DNA of 64,000 nt from a virus (lineage: Duplodnaviria > Caudoviricetes): the IMG/VR virus record IMGVR_UViG_3300044695_001846, positions 9,530-73,529 of that record, one strand, 5' to 3'. Made by a program: the position numbers and the translations under genes. Positions within the stretch are counted from its first letter, which is position 1. Each line of letters begins with the position of its first letter. Under the pieces are notes generated by a model, which was not told where the DNA came from, ran no database searches, and was given only the letters and a program-made list of their open reading frames with translations. Shown here one piece after another: positions 8,554-18,400 of this stretch.

Positions 8554-9141
8554 ATGGCTTTAACAACAGTCGTGTCAAATGAAGATTTAGTGGTTTTAGG
8601 ACCACCTTCTTCTGTTTCAGTTTCTGTTGACATTGGTCCAAAGGGTGAACGTGGTGCTAGTTTTTACACTGGCTTTGGAGATCCTAATACTAATTCTCTA
8701 TTCTATAGCACTTCAGATATTCCAAAAGTTGGAGATCTTTATTTAAGAAGAGATCTTGGTGCAAACTATGGTGTTATTTATAGATTAGTTACAGTTACTG
8801 GTGGTACTTCGTGGCAATCAGTTTTAAAATTTCAGCCAGTAACTTATAACCTATCTGATAGACCATCTTTTAATTCTGGAGTTGCATCTGTAACTTTTCC
8901 TTTAGAAGATTTTTATTTTAATGCCCCAATAGATTTAAATGTAGAAGATATTATAATCCAGGCTACAGTAGAATTAGACAATCCTGTAATGCTTTCAATA
9001 TCAAATAAAGAAATTAAAACTGTCTCTTCGGTAAAAAGTTTGATAACAGAAATAACTGCTGCACAGCTTAACGCTGGATCTATTTCAATGTTAAGTGGAT
9101 CTGCAGCATTAATAAATCTAGGATATTCATTAGGAGTTTAA
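8554..9141 (+). CDS. Putative tail/fibre structural protein
   Basis: Short collagen-like GPKGERG, GDP and GDLYL motifs; structural gene context. Confidence 0.5.
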   Translation: MALTTVVSNEDLVVLGPPSSVSVSVDIGPKGERGASFYTGFGDPNTNSLFYSTSDIPKVGDLYLRRDLGANYGVIYRLVTVTGGTSWQSVLKFQPVTYNLSDRPSFNSGVASVTFPLEDFYFNAPIDLNVEDIIIQATVELDNPVMLSISNKEIKTVSSVKSLITEITAAQLNAGSISMLSGSAALINLGYSLGV

Positions 9142-9142
9142 A

Positions 9143-9826
9143 ATGGCAGAAGATATTAGTTTAAGTAAAAAAGGTTCTCCCTGGACAATTGATTTTGATA
9201 CAAAAATTCCAACACTTGGAGAAAATGCAAACATTCAAGACGCATTAAAAATATTTTATTTTGGAAATTCCCTTGCAAATGAAACTTATGAGAATAAAAG
9301 TATTTATCAACATTTTTTAACAATTGAATCACTTACAGATTCTTTAAGTACTGATATTTTTAATCATGACGATACCGATACTGATACACATGGTATTGGG
9401 GCAGATAATAGCGTAGTTGGAACTGGAACTACACAAACTCTAACAAATAAAACTCTAACATTGCCAAAGATTAATGAGAACGTTGCTCTTACTGCTACAG
9501 CTACAGAATTAAATATCCTAGATGGTGCAACACTTTCTGTTATAGAATTAAACAAGCTTGATGGAGTAAATTCTAGCACTGCTGATTTAAATGTCTTGTT
9601 TGGAGTTTCAGCCAGCATCTCTTCAACACAACTAAACTATTTGTCTAGTGCTAGTGCAAATATTCAAACACAACTTAATACAAAGTCTCCATTGGCATCT
9701 CCAACTTTTACAGGGTCTGTAAATTTGCCAGACGATACAAGTTTTGGTGGAAAAAGATTATTTATACAGGCAACACAGCCTTTATCTGCTGACAATGGAG
9801 ATGTCTGGATTAAGATAGGTAGTTAA
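9143..9826 (+). CDS. Tail fibre-like protein
   Basis: TQTLTNKTLT, ELNILDG/ELNKLDG repeats, IQTQLN.K.PLASPTFTG, NGDVWI. Confidence 0.65.
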   Translation: MAEDISLSKKGSPWTIDFDTKIPTLGENANIQDALKIFYFGNSLANETYENKSIYQHFLTIESLTDSLSTDIFNHDDTDTDTHGIGADNSVVGTGTTQTLTNKTLTLPKINENVALTATATELNILDGATLSVIELNKLDGVNSSTADLNVLFGVSASISSTQLNYLSSASANIQTQLNTKSPLASPTFTGSVNLPDDTSFGGKRLFIQATQPLSADNGDVWIKIGS

Positions 9827-9827
9827 A

Positions 9828-11240
9828 ATGCCAACATATAATATTGGTGATAACAGTGGTGGATATTATAATTACCGTGGAACAAATGTAGATCCAAACG
9901 TAGTTGGCTCTTCCGTTGCTACAGGAAACTGGGTAGTATCAAGCTTTACAATTCAAGCTGCTTCAAATTCAGCAGTTCCTGGATCAAATATTTATGGACT
10001 TATTTGGAATTCAGCAGGTACTAAAATCTGGGAATCTGGTGCAGTAGATATGGCTGGATCAGACAATACCCCACCATTTGCCTCAAGAACGTTTTCTCCT
10101 AACATTTATTTAGCAGCAGGAACTTATTACTTTGGATTTTCTAAGTCAGACTCAGCAGCAGTAAACTGGGATTGTATAAATGGAAATAATACTAGCCGTA
10201 CAGGAAATAGTTTTGTTGGAAATCTAACCTCTAGTGGAACTGGAACCGTCTATCGTAGGCTTTGTGGAAAAATAAATTATACAGATGTCTATGCTCCAAC
10301 AATGTCTTCTTGTACTGCAACTGCAAATATTGGGTCCATATCTGTTTCATGGGCAGCATCTTCTGACGGAGGAACGGGAATTACCTCTTACGCAGTTTAT
10401 AGAAATAATGATCCTAATCAACTTATTTATAATAGTACAGGAACATCTTTAACAGATAATGTTGGAAATGGTGTTGGAGCATACTACGTTGTTTACGCCT
10501 ACAATGCAGTTGGTGTATCTAATGCAGCAGTTTCTTCAACAGCTACAACTCCAAGCGTTCCAACGATGTCTTCTTGTACTGCAACTGCAAACGTAGGGTC
10601 TATTTCTGTATCTTGGGCAGCATCTTCTAACGGAGGAAATGCAATTGATTATTATCACGTTTATAGAAATGGATCCTACTTGGGTCAATATACAGGAACA
10701 TCTTTAACAGATAATGTTGGAAATGGTTTTACAGCTTATTATCAAGCTTATGCTCATAATGGTGTAGGATGGTCTGGTGCTGCAACTTCATCAACAGTTA
10801 CTACTCCAGTTCCTACAGGTTCCCCAGCAACTTTAGTTGCAGTACCAGATGTAACACAAGTAGTTTTAACATGGACAGCCCCTGCTGGTGTACCAACATC
10901 TCCAATAACTTCTTATAAACTAGAATTTTCTACAGATAACACAAACTGGACTCAAATATATAATGCTCTTTCTCCTTTAACTTACACACATACTGAACGT
11001 ATTCCAGCAACTTTATATTATTATAGAGTTTCTGCAATATCTGCTCCTGGTGCTAGTCCTTTTAACAATGCTCAAGCTGAAACTATTGGGGGATATGTAA
11101 GATACTTTGATAATTTAGGATTTGTTGATTATGTTTTACCAGAATATTATAGTTCTTCTGCAAGTGCCTGGAAAAAAGCATCTGCCTTTTCATACGAAGA
11201 TGGTATTTGGGTTCCTGGAGACTACCCTCCAGCAACTTGA
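9828..11240 (+). CDS. Fibronectin type III repeat virion protein
   Basis: Three FN3-like units (VSWAASSDGG..ITSYAVYRN; LTWTAP..ITSYKLEFS..YYYRVSA). Confidence 0.75.
   Translation: MPTYNIGDNSGGYYNYRGTNVDPNVVGSSVATGNWVVSSFTIQAASNSAVPGSNIYGLIWNSAGTKIWESGAVDMAGSDNTPPFASRTFSPNIYLAAGTYYFGFSKSDSAAVNWDCINGNNTSRTGNSFVGNLTSSGTGTVYRRLCGKINYTDVYAPTMSSCTATANIGSISVSWAASSDGGTGITSYAVYRNNDPNQLIYNSTGTSLTDNVGNGVGAYYVVYAYNAVGVSNAAVSSTATTPSVPTMSSCTATANVGSISVSWAASSNGGNAIDYYHVYRNGSYLGQYTGTSLTDNVGNGFTAYYQAYAHNGVGWSGAATSSTVTTPVPTGSPATLVAVPDVTQVVLTWTAPAGVPTSPITSYKLEFSTDNTNWTQIYNALSPLTYTHTERIPATLYYYRVSAISAPGASPFNNAQAETIGGYVRYFDNLGFVDYVLPEYYSSSASAWKKASAFSYEDGIWVPGDYPPAT
10296..10810 (+). repeat. Two-copy 264-bp (88-aa) internal duplication encoding FN3 domains
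   Basis: PTMSSCTATAN(I/V)GSISVSWAASS starts at 10296 and 10560; ACAGGAACATCTTTAACAGATAATGTTGGAAATGGT is identical in both copies. Confidence 0.85.
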
Positions 11241-11296
11241 TAATTTTACATATTTAATGTATAATCTATTTAAGTACTATAGACAGGAGAAATAAA

Positions 11297-11560
11297 ATGG
11301 TACTAAAACTAACAAAGTCACAAAAAGAAATGTTGCAATCCTATGGTCGCTCATTTCTAGGTGCAGCACTTGCACTATATATGGCAGGTAATACAGATGC
11401 ATACACATATGTCTATGCTTTTGTAGCAGCATTTGCTCCAGTTGCAATTCGTTTCTTTAATAAGAATGACATCGCATTTGGAAAAATTTCAGGAAGTTCA
11501 ACTTCTGAAGAGGTTGCAACAGAAGCTGTAAAAGCAATTAAAAAAGTTACAAAGAAATAA
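11297..11560 (+). CDS. Putative holin
   Basis: 87 aa, two hydrophobic stretches, basic C-terminus, SYGRSF...AAFAPVAIR. Confidence 0.55.
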   Translation: MVLKLTKSQKEMLQSYGRSFLGAALALYMAGNTDAYTYVYAFVAAFAPVAIRFFNKNDIAFGKISGSSTSEEVATEAVKAIKKVTKK

Positions 11561-11570
11561 ATAACTTAGT

Positions 11571-12659
11571 ATGGCTAAACCAACAGTATCATTTTTAACT
11601 TATGATTGGACCTTTGGGGTCAAGCCACTACAGCCTAACGGTTGTGGATGGTATAGATGCTATCTTCCAATGAAAGAGTTATCCAATCATGGGTGGGAAG
11701 CAGGTTTGGGAATTCCAGGATTTAATCCAGAACACGGATTTGGAATTTTAATACCTGATGAGAAAGCTATCCATGGTTGGGATATTGTTGTTTTAAAACT
11801 TATTATGTTAGAAAGATGTGTTGATCAAGTAAGACAGGCAAGAGAATTTGGTCAAAAGATAGTTGTTGATATTGATGATTTTATGGAGGGTTTAGAAGAA
11901 ACTAACCTTGCATATAAAACTACATCTGCAGAATCTAATCCAAATAATAATCGTGATCATTATATAAAAATTATTGCACAGGCAGATGCTTTAATTGTTT
12001 CTACACCATTCCTAAAAGACTATTATGAAAAAACATATCCAGGAAAGCCAGTGTTTGTGGTTAGAAATGGAATTGATATCCATAGATGGAAAATGAGAAA
12101 TGATCATAGAAGGTATCTCCCACATTTTGGTTGGGTTGGTGCTACACCATGGAGAAGTGGAGATCTTGAAACACTTCAACCATTCTTTGGTGAATTTATT
12201 AAACAAAAACATTTAAAATTTCATCACGCTGGAAACGTAATTAATGCCCCAAGAGCATCTGACCAACTTGGTATTGATAAAAACCTTTCTACTATTGAAC
12301 CAATGAGAACAATGCTTGAGGTTCCAGAACTATACAGAAAAATTGATATTGGAATTGTTCCTTTAAGAGATGTTCCATTTAATCATGCAAAATCTTATTT
12401 AAAGGGTCTTGAGTACGCAGCGTCTGGTGTTCCTTTTATTGCACAAGCGTTGCCAGAATATCAATTACTTGCTGATGGTGGAGTTGGAAGAGTTGCAACT
12501 ACTGCAGATGAATGGCTAGGGCACATGGAAGAATTGTTAGATCCAAATGTTAGAAAACTTGAAAGAGAAAAGAATTTTGAATTAGTTAGAGATAACTTCT
12601 CTATGGATCAGCGTGGACATGATTGGGCAGAAGTCTTAAATCAAATTTATGATATATAA
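11571..12659 (+). CDS. GT-B (GT4-like) glycosyltransferase
   Basis: VDIDD, FGWVG, DIGIVPL...FNHAKSYLKGLEYAASGVP. Confidence 0.8.
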   Translation: MAKPTVSFLTYDWTFGVKPLQPNGCGWYRCYLPMKELSNHGWEAGLGIPGFNPEHGFGILIPDEKAIHGWDIVVLKLIMLERCVDQVRQAREFGQKIVVDIDDFMEGLEETNLAYKTTSAESNPNNNRDHYIKIIAQADALIVSTPFLKDYYEKTYPGKPVFVVRNGIDIHRWKMRNDHRRYLPHFGWVGATPWRSGDLETLQPFFGEFIKQKHLKFHHAGNVINAPRASDQLGIDKNLSTIEPMRTMLEVPELYRKIDIGIVPLRDVPFNHAKSYLKGLEYAASGVPFIAQALPEYQLLADGGVGRVATTADEWLGHMEELLDPNVRKLEREKNFELVRDNFSMDQRGHDWAEVLNQIYDI

Positions 12660-12666
12660 TAGTCTT

Positions 12667-13197
12667 ATGGCTAAGATATATATAAAAAGTGATGAATATT
12701 CGGAACCAGTTAAAACTTTTTTAAAAAGATATATTAGACAAGAGACTCCTCATAACCTAGCAGTTCATGAACAAAATGCTGACATATGCATTAGTCTTTT
12801 TACACCAGAATATCCAGCAGAACAAAGATTTTTTGCATATCTTTATAATAATGATCAAAGCATGGAAGAGCTTGCAAATAAAATTTATTATCAATGTTCT
12901 AAAGCTGAAATTATGCATAATAAACTTTCTAAAAGATCTATTCCAAGAGAGCAGTACGACATAGATTTTAAATGCCCTACGCTTTGCATTAACTTGACAA
13001 ATGATTCTATAGAAATTGATGAAGAAGTTTATGCAATAGTAATTGGTCAAGGTCTAGTTTCCTATCTTAATCCTGGAACTGTCTTTGATACATTTTCAGT
13101 AAAAGATAAAATTAAAAAACCAGGGGATAAAAGTTTTGTTAATAGAAAGTATGTTCAACAGCCAACAAATAATTCAAAACTTTTATTTAAGAAGTAG
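12667..13197 (+). CDS. Degenerate N-acetylmuramoyl-L-alanine amidase (Amidase_3)-fold protein
   Basis: NADICISL, SMEELANKIY, PTLCINL, YAIVIGQGLVSYL follow the Amidase_3 order but the catalytic His/Glu residues are absent; start MAKIYI. Confidence 0.45.
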   Translation: MAKIYIKSDEYSEPVKTFLKRYIRQETPHNLAVHEQNADICISLFTPEYPAEQRFFAYLYNNDQSMEELANKIYYQCSKAEIMHNKLSKRSIPREQYDIDFKCPTLCINLTNDSIEIDEEVYAIVIGQGLVSYLNPGTVFDTFSVKDKIKKPGDKSFVNRKYVQQPTNNSKLLFKK

Positions 13198-13408
13198 ATA
13201 GAGAAATATATCCTTTAATTCTTTCTATCAAATTGATTCCTGGATAAAAAGATGATCTGCATCCAAGGCAGTAAAAGAAAACTTTATCACTACTGTCAAC
13301 TCTAGAAATAATAGTATCGTCAGGATCAAACTGACATTCTATTTTCAATGCTTTATTATTTTTTACAAGATCGTTATAATGATTTACTTCTTGAATTGTT
13401 AGATTCAT
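13187..13408 (-). CDS. Small hypothetical protein, possible Zn ribbon; only credible minus-strand gene
   Basis: Fills an otherwise empty gap; RBS AAGGAG on the minus strand; IECQF...FYCLGC. Confidence 0.65.
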   Translation of the reverse strand: MNLTIQEVNHYNDLVKNNKALKIECQFDPDDTIISRVDSSDKVFFYCLGCRSSFYPGINLIERIKGYISLSTS

Positions 13409-13437
13409 TTGCTTCTCCTTGAATAGTCGTGTAGAAT
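13409..13437 (+). promoter_or_regulatory. sigma70-type promoter for nrdJ
   Basis: TTGCTT-17 nt-TAGAAT. Confidence 0.45.
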
Positions 13438-13474
13438 GTATCTATTACATTTTATCAGAAGGACGTGTTACAAA

Positions 13475-15418
13475 ATGTCATTTATTGACTCCAACGGATC
13501 TATAACAGATCCATACCGCAACTTTATTCATATCTCAAGGTACGCTCGCTGGATTGAAAGCGAAAACCGTAGAGAGACCTGGCAGGAGACGGTTGACAGA
13601 TATTGTAACTTTATGAGAGATCATCTTGTTCTTAATCATGGATATAGTCCAAATGCAAAAGTTTTTAATGAAGTTAGAGAAGCAATCCTAAACCATCACA
13701 TAATGCCATCTATGAGGGCACTGATGACCGCTGGACCTGCTTTAGAAAGAGATCATATCGCAGCATACAATTGTTCTTTCATTGCTGTAGATAGCCCTAG
13801 AGCCTTTGACGAGGCTATGTACATTTTAATGAATGGAACTGGTGTTGGCTTTAGCGTTGAGCAAAAGTACATTAATCAACTTCCAGTTATTTCAGAATCA
13901 TTTTTTCAAACAGATACAACTATTGTTATTGATGATTCAAAGCTTGGTTGGGCAAAAGCTTATAAAGAATTAATTGCCCTTCTTTATCAAGGTCAAATTC
14001 CAAACTGGGATACCTCAAAGGTAAGACCATCTGGTGCAAGACTAAAAACTTTTGGTGGTCGTGCTTCTGGTCCTGAGCCTTTAGTTGACTTGTTTAACTT
14101 TACAATTGAAACCTTTAAGATGGCTTCAGGAAGAAGACTTAAGTCAATTGAAGCACATGACATTATGTGTAAAGTTGGAGAAGTTGTTGTTGTTGGTGGA
14201 GTTCGTAGAAGTGCTTTAATTTCTCTTTCTAACTTAGATGATTTTGAAATGGCAAAGGCAAAGAGTGGACAATGGTGGGAAGGAAATTCTCAAAGAGCCC
14301 TGGCAAATAACTCTGCTGTTTATAATTCAAAGCCAAATACTGCACAGTTCCTTCGTGAATGGCGTAACCTTTACGAATCAAAGTCAGGAGAACGTGGAAT
14401 CTATAACATGGACTCTGTTCGTAAGCATATTGATAAGTTTGGTCGTAGAGATTCAAGCCTTGTTGGTGGAACAAATCCTTGTGGAGAAATTCTTCTTCGT
14501 CCAAATGAATTTTGTAATTTAACCGAGGTTGTAATTGATGCAACTGATACAAAAGAAACCCTGCTTGAAAAAATTAGACTTGCTACTATTTTAGGAACAT
14601 GGCAATCTACTTTGACTAACTTTAAGTACATTAGAAAAACTTGGAGAGACAACTGTGAAGAAGAAAGACTTCTTGGGGTGTCTTTGACAGGCATTTATGG
14701 AAATAAGATTACTGCTACAAATGGAAAAGCTCTTGAGGCACTTCTTGATGAGATGAGAGATCTATCTGTTTCAGTAAATGAAAAAGAGGCTAAGTCTTTA
14801 AATATTAATCCATCAGTATCAATTACTTGTGTAAAGCCTTCAGGAACTGTCTCACAGCTTACAGGAGTATCCTCTGGCATCCACCCATGGTATTCAGAAT
14901 ACTATGTAAGAAGTGTTAGAGCAGATAACAAAGATCCTTTAACACAGTTCTTGAAAGATTCTGGAATTCCATTTGAGCCAGACGTTATGAAGCCAGAAGT
15001 TACAACAGTATTCTACTTCCCAATCAAGGCTCCAAAAAATGCAGTTCTAACAAAAGACTTAACTGCAATTGATCATCTTGAAATGTGGAAGACTTATCGT
15101 ACACACTGGACAGAACATAATCCTAGCGTTACTGTAAATGTTGAAGAAGATGAATGGATGCGTGTTGGTGCTTGGGTGTTTGATAACTTTGATTCAATTG
15201 GTGGAGTTTCATTTCTTCCATCAGTTGAGCATTCTTACAAGCAAGCCCCATATCAGGAAATTTCAAAAGAAGATTATGAGTCGTGGGTAAAAAAGATGCC
15301 TGACTCAATTAGGTGGGAAATGCTTTCGTTGTATGAAACAACAGATGGAACAACTGGAAGTCAAGAGCTATCCTGTGTTGCTGGAGCATGTGAGATTGTA
15401 GATATTTCAAGCAATTAA
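13475..15418 (+). CDS. nrdJ: Class II (adenosylcobalamin-dependent) ribonucleotide reductase
   Basis: YNCSF, GGVRRSA, TNPCGEI, CNL, CVKPSGT, C-terminal CVAGAC; no nrdB small subunit nearby. Confidence 0.92.
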   Translation: MSFIDSNGSITDPYRNFIHISRYARWIESENRRETWQETVDRYCNFMRDHLVLNHGYSPNAKVFNEVREAILNHHIMPSMRALMTAGPALERDHIAAYNCSFIAVDSPRAFDEAMYILMNGTGVGFSVEQKYINQLPVISESFFQTDTTIVIDDSKLGWAKAYKELIALLYQGQIPNWDTSKVRPSGARLKTFGGRASGPEPLVDLFNFTIETFKMASGRRLKSIEAHDIMCKVGEVVVVGGVRRSALISLSNLDDFEMAKAKSGQWWEGNSQRALANNSAVYNSKPNTAQFLREWRNLYESKSGERGIYNMDSVRKHIDKFGRRDSSLVGGTNPCGEILLRPNEFCNLTEVVIDATDTKETLLEKIRLATILGTWQSTLTNFKYIRKTWRDNCEEERLLGVSLTGIYGNKITATNGKALEALLDEMRDLSVSVNEKEAKSLNINPSVSITCVKPSGTVSQLTGVSSGIHPWYSEYYVRSVRADNKDPLTQFLKDSGIPFEPDVMKPEVTTVFYFPIKAPKNAVLTKDLTAIDHLEMWKTYRTHWTEHNPSVTVNVEEDEWMRVGAWVFDNFDSIGGVSFLPSVEHSYKQAPYQEISKEDYESWVKKMPDSIRWEMLSLYETTDGTTGSQELSCVAGACEIVDISSN

Positions 15419-15429
15419 AACCCTCTTTG

Positions 15430-15438
15430 TGATAAAAT
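15430..15438 (+). promoter_or_regulatory. Extended -10 promoter
   Basis: TGATAAAAT followed by GAGGT RBS and ATG at 15455. Confidence 0.5.
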
Positions 15439-15454
15439 AGATTAGAGGTACTCA

Positions 15455-18400
15455 ATGTCTTACAAAAATGCAAATCTTTATGCTTCAAGAGTGTTTGCAG
15501 AGCACCCAATTGCTTTATGGTCCTTAGATGAAGATTACTTTTTTCTTTCATTAGTTCCTGAAAGTGATAAAAAGATTACTGATTCTACATGGTCAATTTC
15601 TGGGGGACAATACTCTTCATCAACAACTTTTCCAGAAAATGCACCAATTATAGGAGACTATACTAGTAAATTTTTTATTCCAACATCTTCTAGTTCTCAG
15701 TACATTGACATAATTGGGGATCCTATAGTTTATCAAGATTCTATTGATGAGGCTAAAGGAAGTATTTGTTTTAGCTTAAATGTCTTTGCTCCAGTTGGAA
15801 AAAATGTTGCAACCTACGATATAGGGTTTATTGTAGGAGGGCAAAGATACTATTTAAATCATACAGTTGAATCAGAAGGATCCTGGCAAAAAATTTCTTA
15901 TACAAAACAAATTACTTCAACAGAAAATTTGACACCATTCATAAAAATAAACTATAGTGACAATTTAGAAACGGGAGAAGTAAATTCTCCTGTGTATATA
16001 AATGGGCTGTCTGTAGGACAATGGTCAGAACCGTATAATCATAAAAATACTGGAGTTTTTTCAGAAGAGTTGCCAGAGAGCCTAACATCCTTACTTCCCT
16101 ATGCTGGATTTTTAAAAGGATTAAGGTTAGACGCTTATGGATTTAATGATTTAGACGATGCTTATATTATTCAAGAAAGAAAAAGACTTCTTGCAGAAAA
16201 AGCAAATGTTCCTATGGTGTATGGATCAAGAAACAATGTTTCAATATTTTCAAAAAATTCACTAGAAGTATTTGAAGACTTTGCAAGTGGCGGATCTTCT
16301 TTTGAATCTGTATTTATAGATTTAATAGATGGAGGATCCTCTAGTGCTACCTTTACAAGTTCTGTTGATGCAGGAACTTCTTCTTATCTAAATGAAGATA
16401 TTTTGCTTCCATCAATTATTTTTCCAGGAAAAGGATTTTTAAACAATTCTGGAAAGTACACAAACCTAACTGCAGAATTCTGGTTAAGAATAAACAATGA
16501 AAGTGTTTCTCCAGTTAGAATATTTGGACCACTTACTTCAGATGATGGAATTTATGTAGAGTCAAGTTTTATTACAATAATAGTTGGAAAGCACGTTAAG
16601 TCATACTTTATTGGAAGTTGGTATAGACCAATGCTTGTTCATTTTAATCAAAGTCCAAATGAAATATCCTTAATGATAAATGGAGAAAAAATTATATCTA
16701 TACCAGTTGACTTAGAGCTTATAGAAAGTCTGACATCAGAGTCTGAAGATTTCTTAGCATTTTTTGGGGACGATAAAATTTCTATTTTTGAAATAGATTG
16801 TTTTTCAATATTTCCATATATAGTATCAGAACAAATTGCAAAAAGAAGATATGTTTATGGTCAAGGAGTAGAGGAGCAAGACAGCCTCCTGGAAAATATT
16901 AATGGAGATCTTCATCAAATTGATTTTGCTTTTTCTGGATACGGCTCAACAATTAGTTATCCAGATAGAACTCAGTGGGACAGTGGGTACTTTAATAACT
17001 TAAAGGTAGACTCGTCAGGACTAGCTTTAATAGACTATAACTTGCCAGAAGTTTTATTTAACTATGTTTCTGCATCAGCAACGGTAACACAGCTACAAAG
17101 TGAAAACTTTTTATCCTCATTTGAATCAGACAATTTTTTAATTCAAGATGAGACCTATCCTTTTCTATCAATGTCTCCAAGTGCAAGCTATTCAAACTAC
17201 TATGGAACTCTGCATTTCTCTAAATTAAATCAATTAAATCATCCAACTTCTTCCATCTACGGAATTTTTAAAGCACCAGAAGGAATTAATCAAGAGCAAA
17301 CTGTTCTATATTTTGAAAATTCTAGAAATAACGATTATTTTAAAGTAGCATTAAGTTCTGGTAGTTTGCAATATATCTACAATGGGTCAGTTTTAACTAA
17401 GACCCCAGTGTCTGGTGGAGAATTCTTTGCAGCTGGATTTGATATAGATAAGATTTCAACAACTTACGCTTCACAAATAAAAAACTTTTTTTCAAATCCT
17501 GAAACCATATCTTTTAATGTGGCTGGATATGGTCAAAGTAAGTTCTATGGAAAAATGTTTTCTTTAACAATTAACAACAAATTCTACACACAAAAAGATT
17601 CTTTGTTTAATGAATTTGGAATTGCAGAAAAAACCTTTACTGGAGACAAGTTTTCCTATGTTGGATCATACACTCTAGTTCCAAAAACTTCCAACTCTAC
17701 AGTATATTTAGACATAGCATCTTCAGGATATTGGGAAAGCTCTATCCCACTTTCTTATTTTGGAAAATATATAACTGATTCAAAAGGAAATAGAGTATAT
17801 GATTTAGATTTGATTCAATTCAATATTGATGCTCCAACTAGCCCATTTATTATAGGAGATGAAGTTTCAACAGATTTTCAAAACTCTAGTCCAGTCAAGT
17901 CATACATAACTTTACAAGAAAAAACAAATGTTGGTATGGTTCCATATACAGACTATGTTTTAACCAGGTTGATATCTCAAGAAAGTAAGATTTTAGATTT
18001 TGATGAAGAAAACGATTTAGAAACAACAAAGTTTCTTGTATCAGATGGAACAATCGTATTCCCTCCAGACTTTATAGGAAATTTTTCAGATTACTATATA
18101 GGGGTACATATTGAGTTAAAGTCAGATGGAACAAAGACAAACAACTTAAAAGTTAAAAGAATGTCTTTTGCATCTTTATCATTTGATGAATCAGAGTTTT
18201 TTGCAATAAATACTACTGGTGGAAGAAAGGTTTATCCAATTGTTAAGACGCAAGACCAATATGTTTATGATCAAAAAAATCCAGTAATTATAGATATTGA
18301 GTCTAGCCCTTACTTATATCTAACAAAAAATTCTGGAATACATGTTGCACCATACTTAGAGGAAAGTGGTCTTGAAAGAGGAATATCTTTTCCAATTAAT

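Noticed and set aside
13436-13474. NrdR box or cobalamin riboswitch upstream of nrdJ
   Set aside because: The leader is too short for a riboswitch, and the palindrome does not convincingly match the NrdR consensus.
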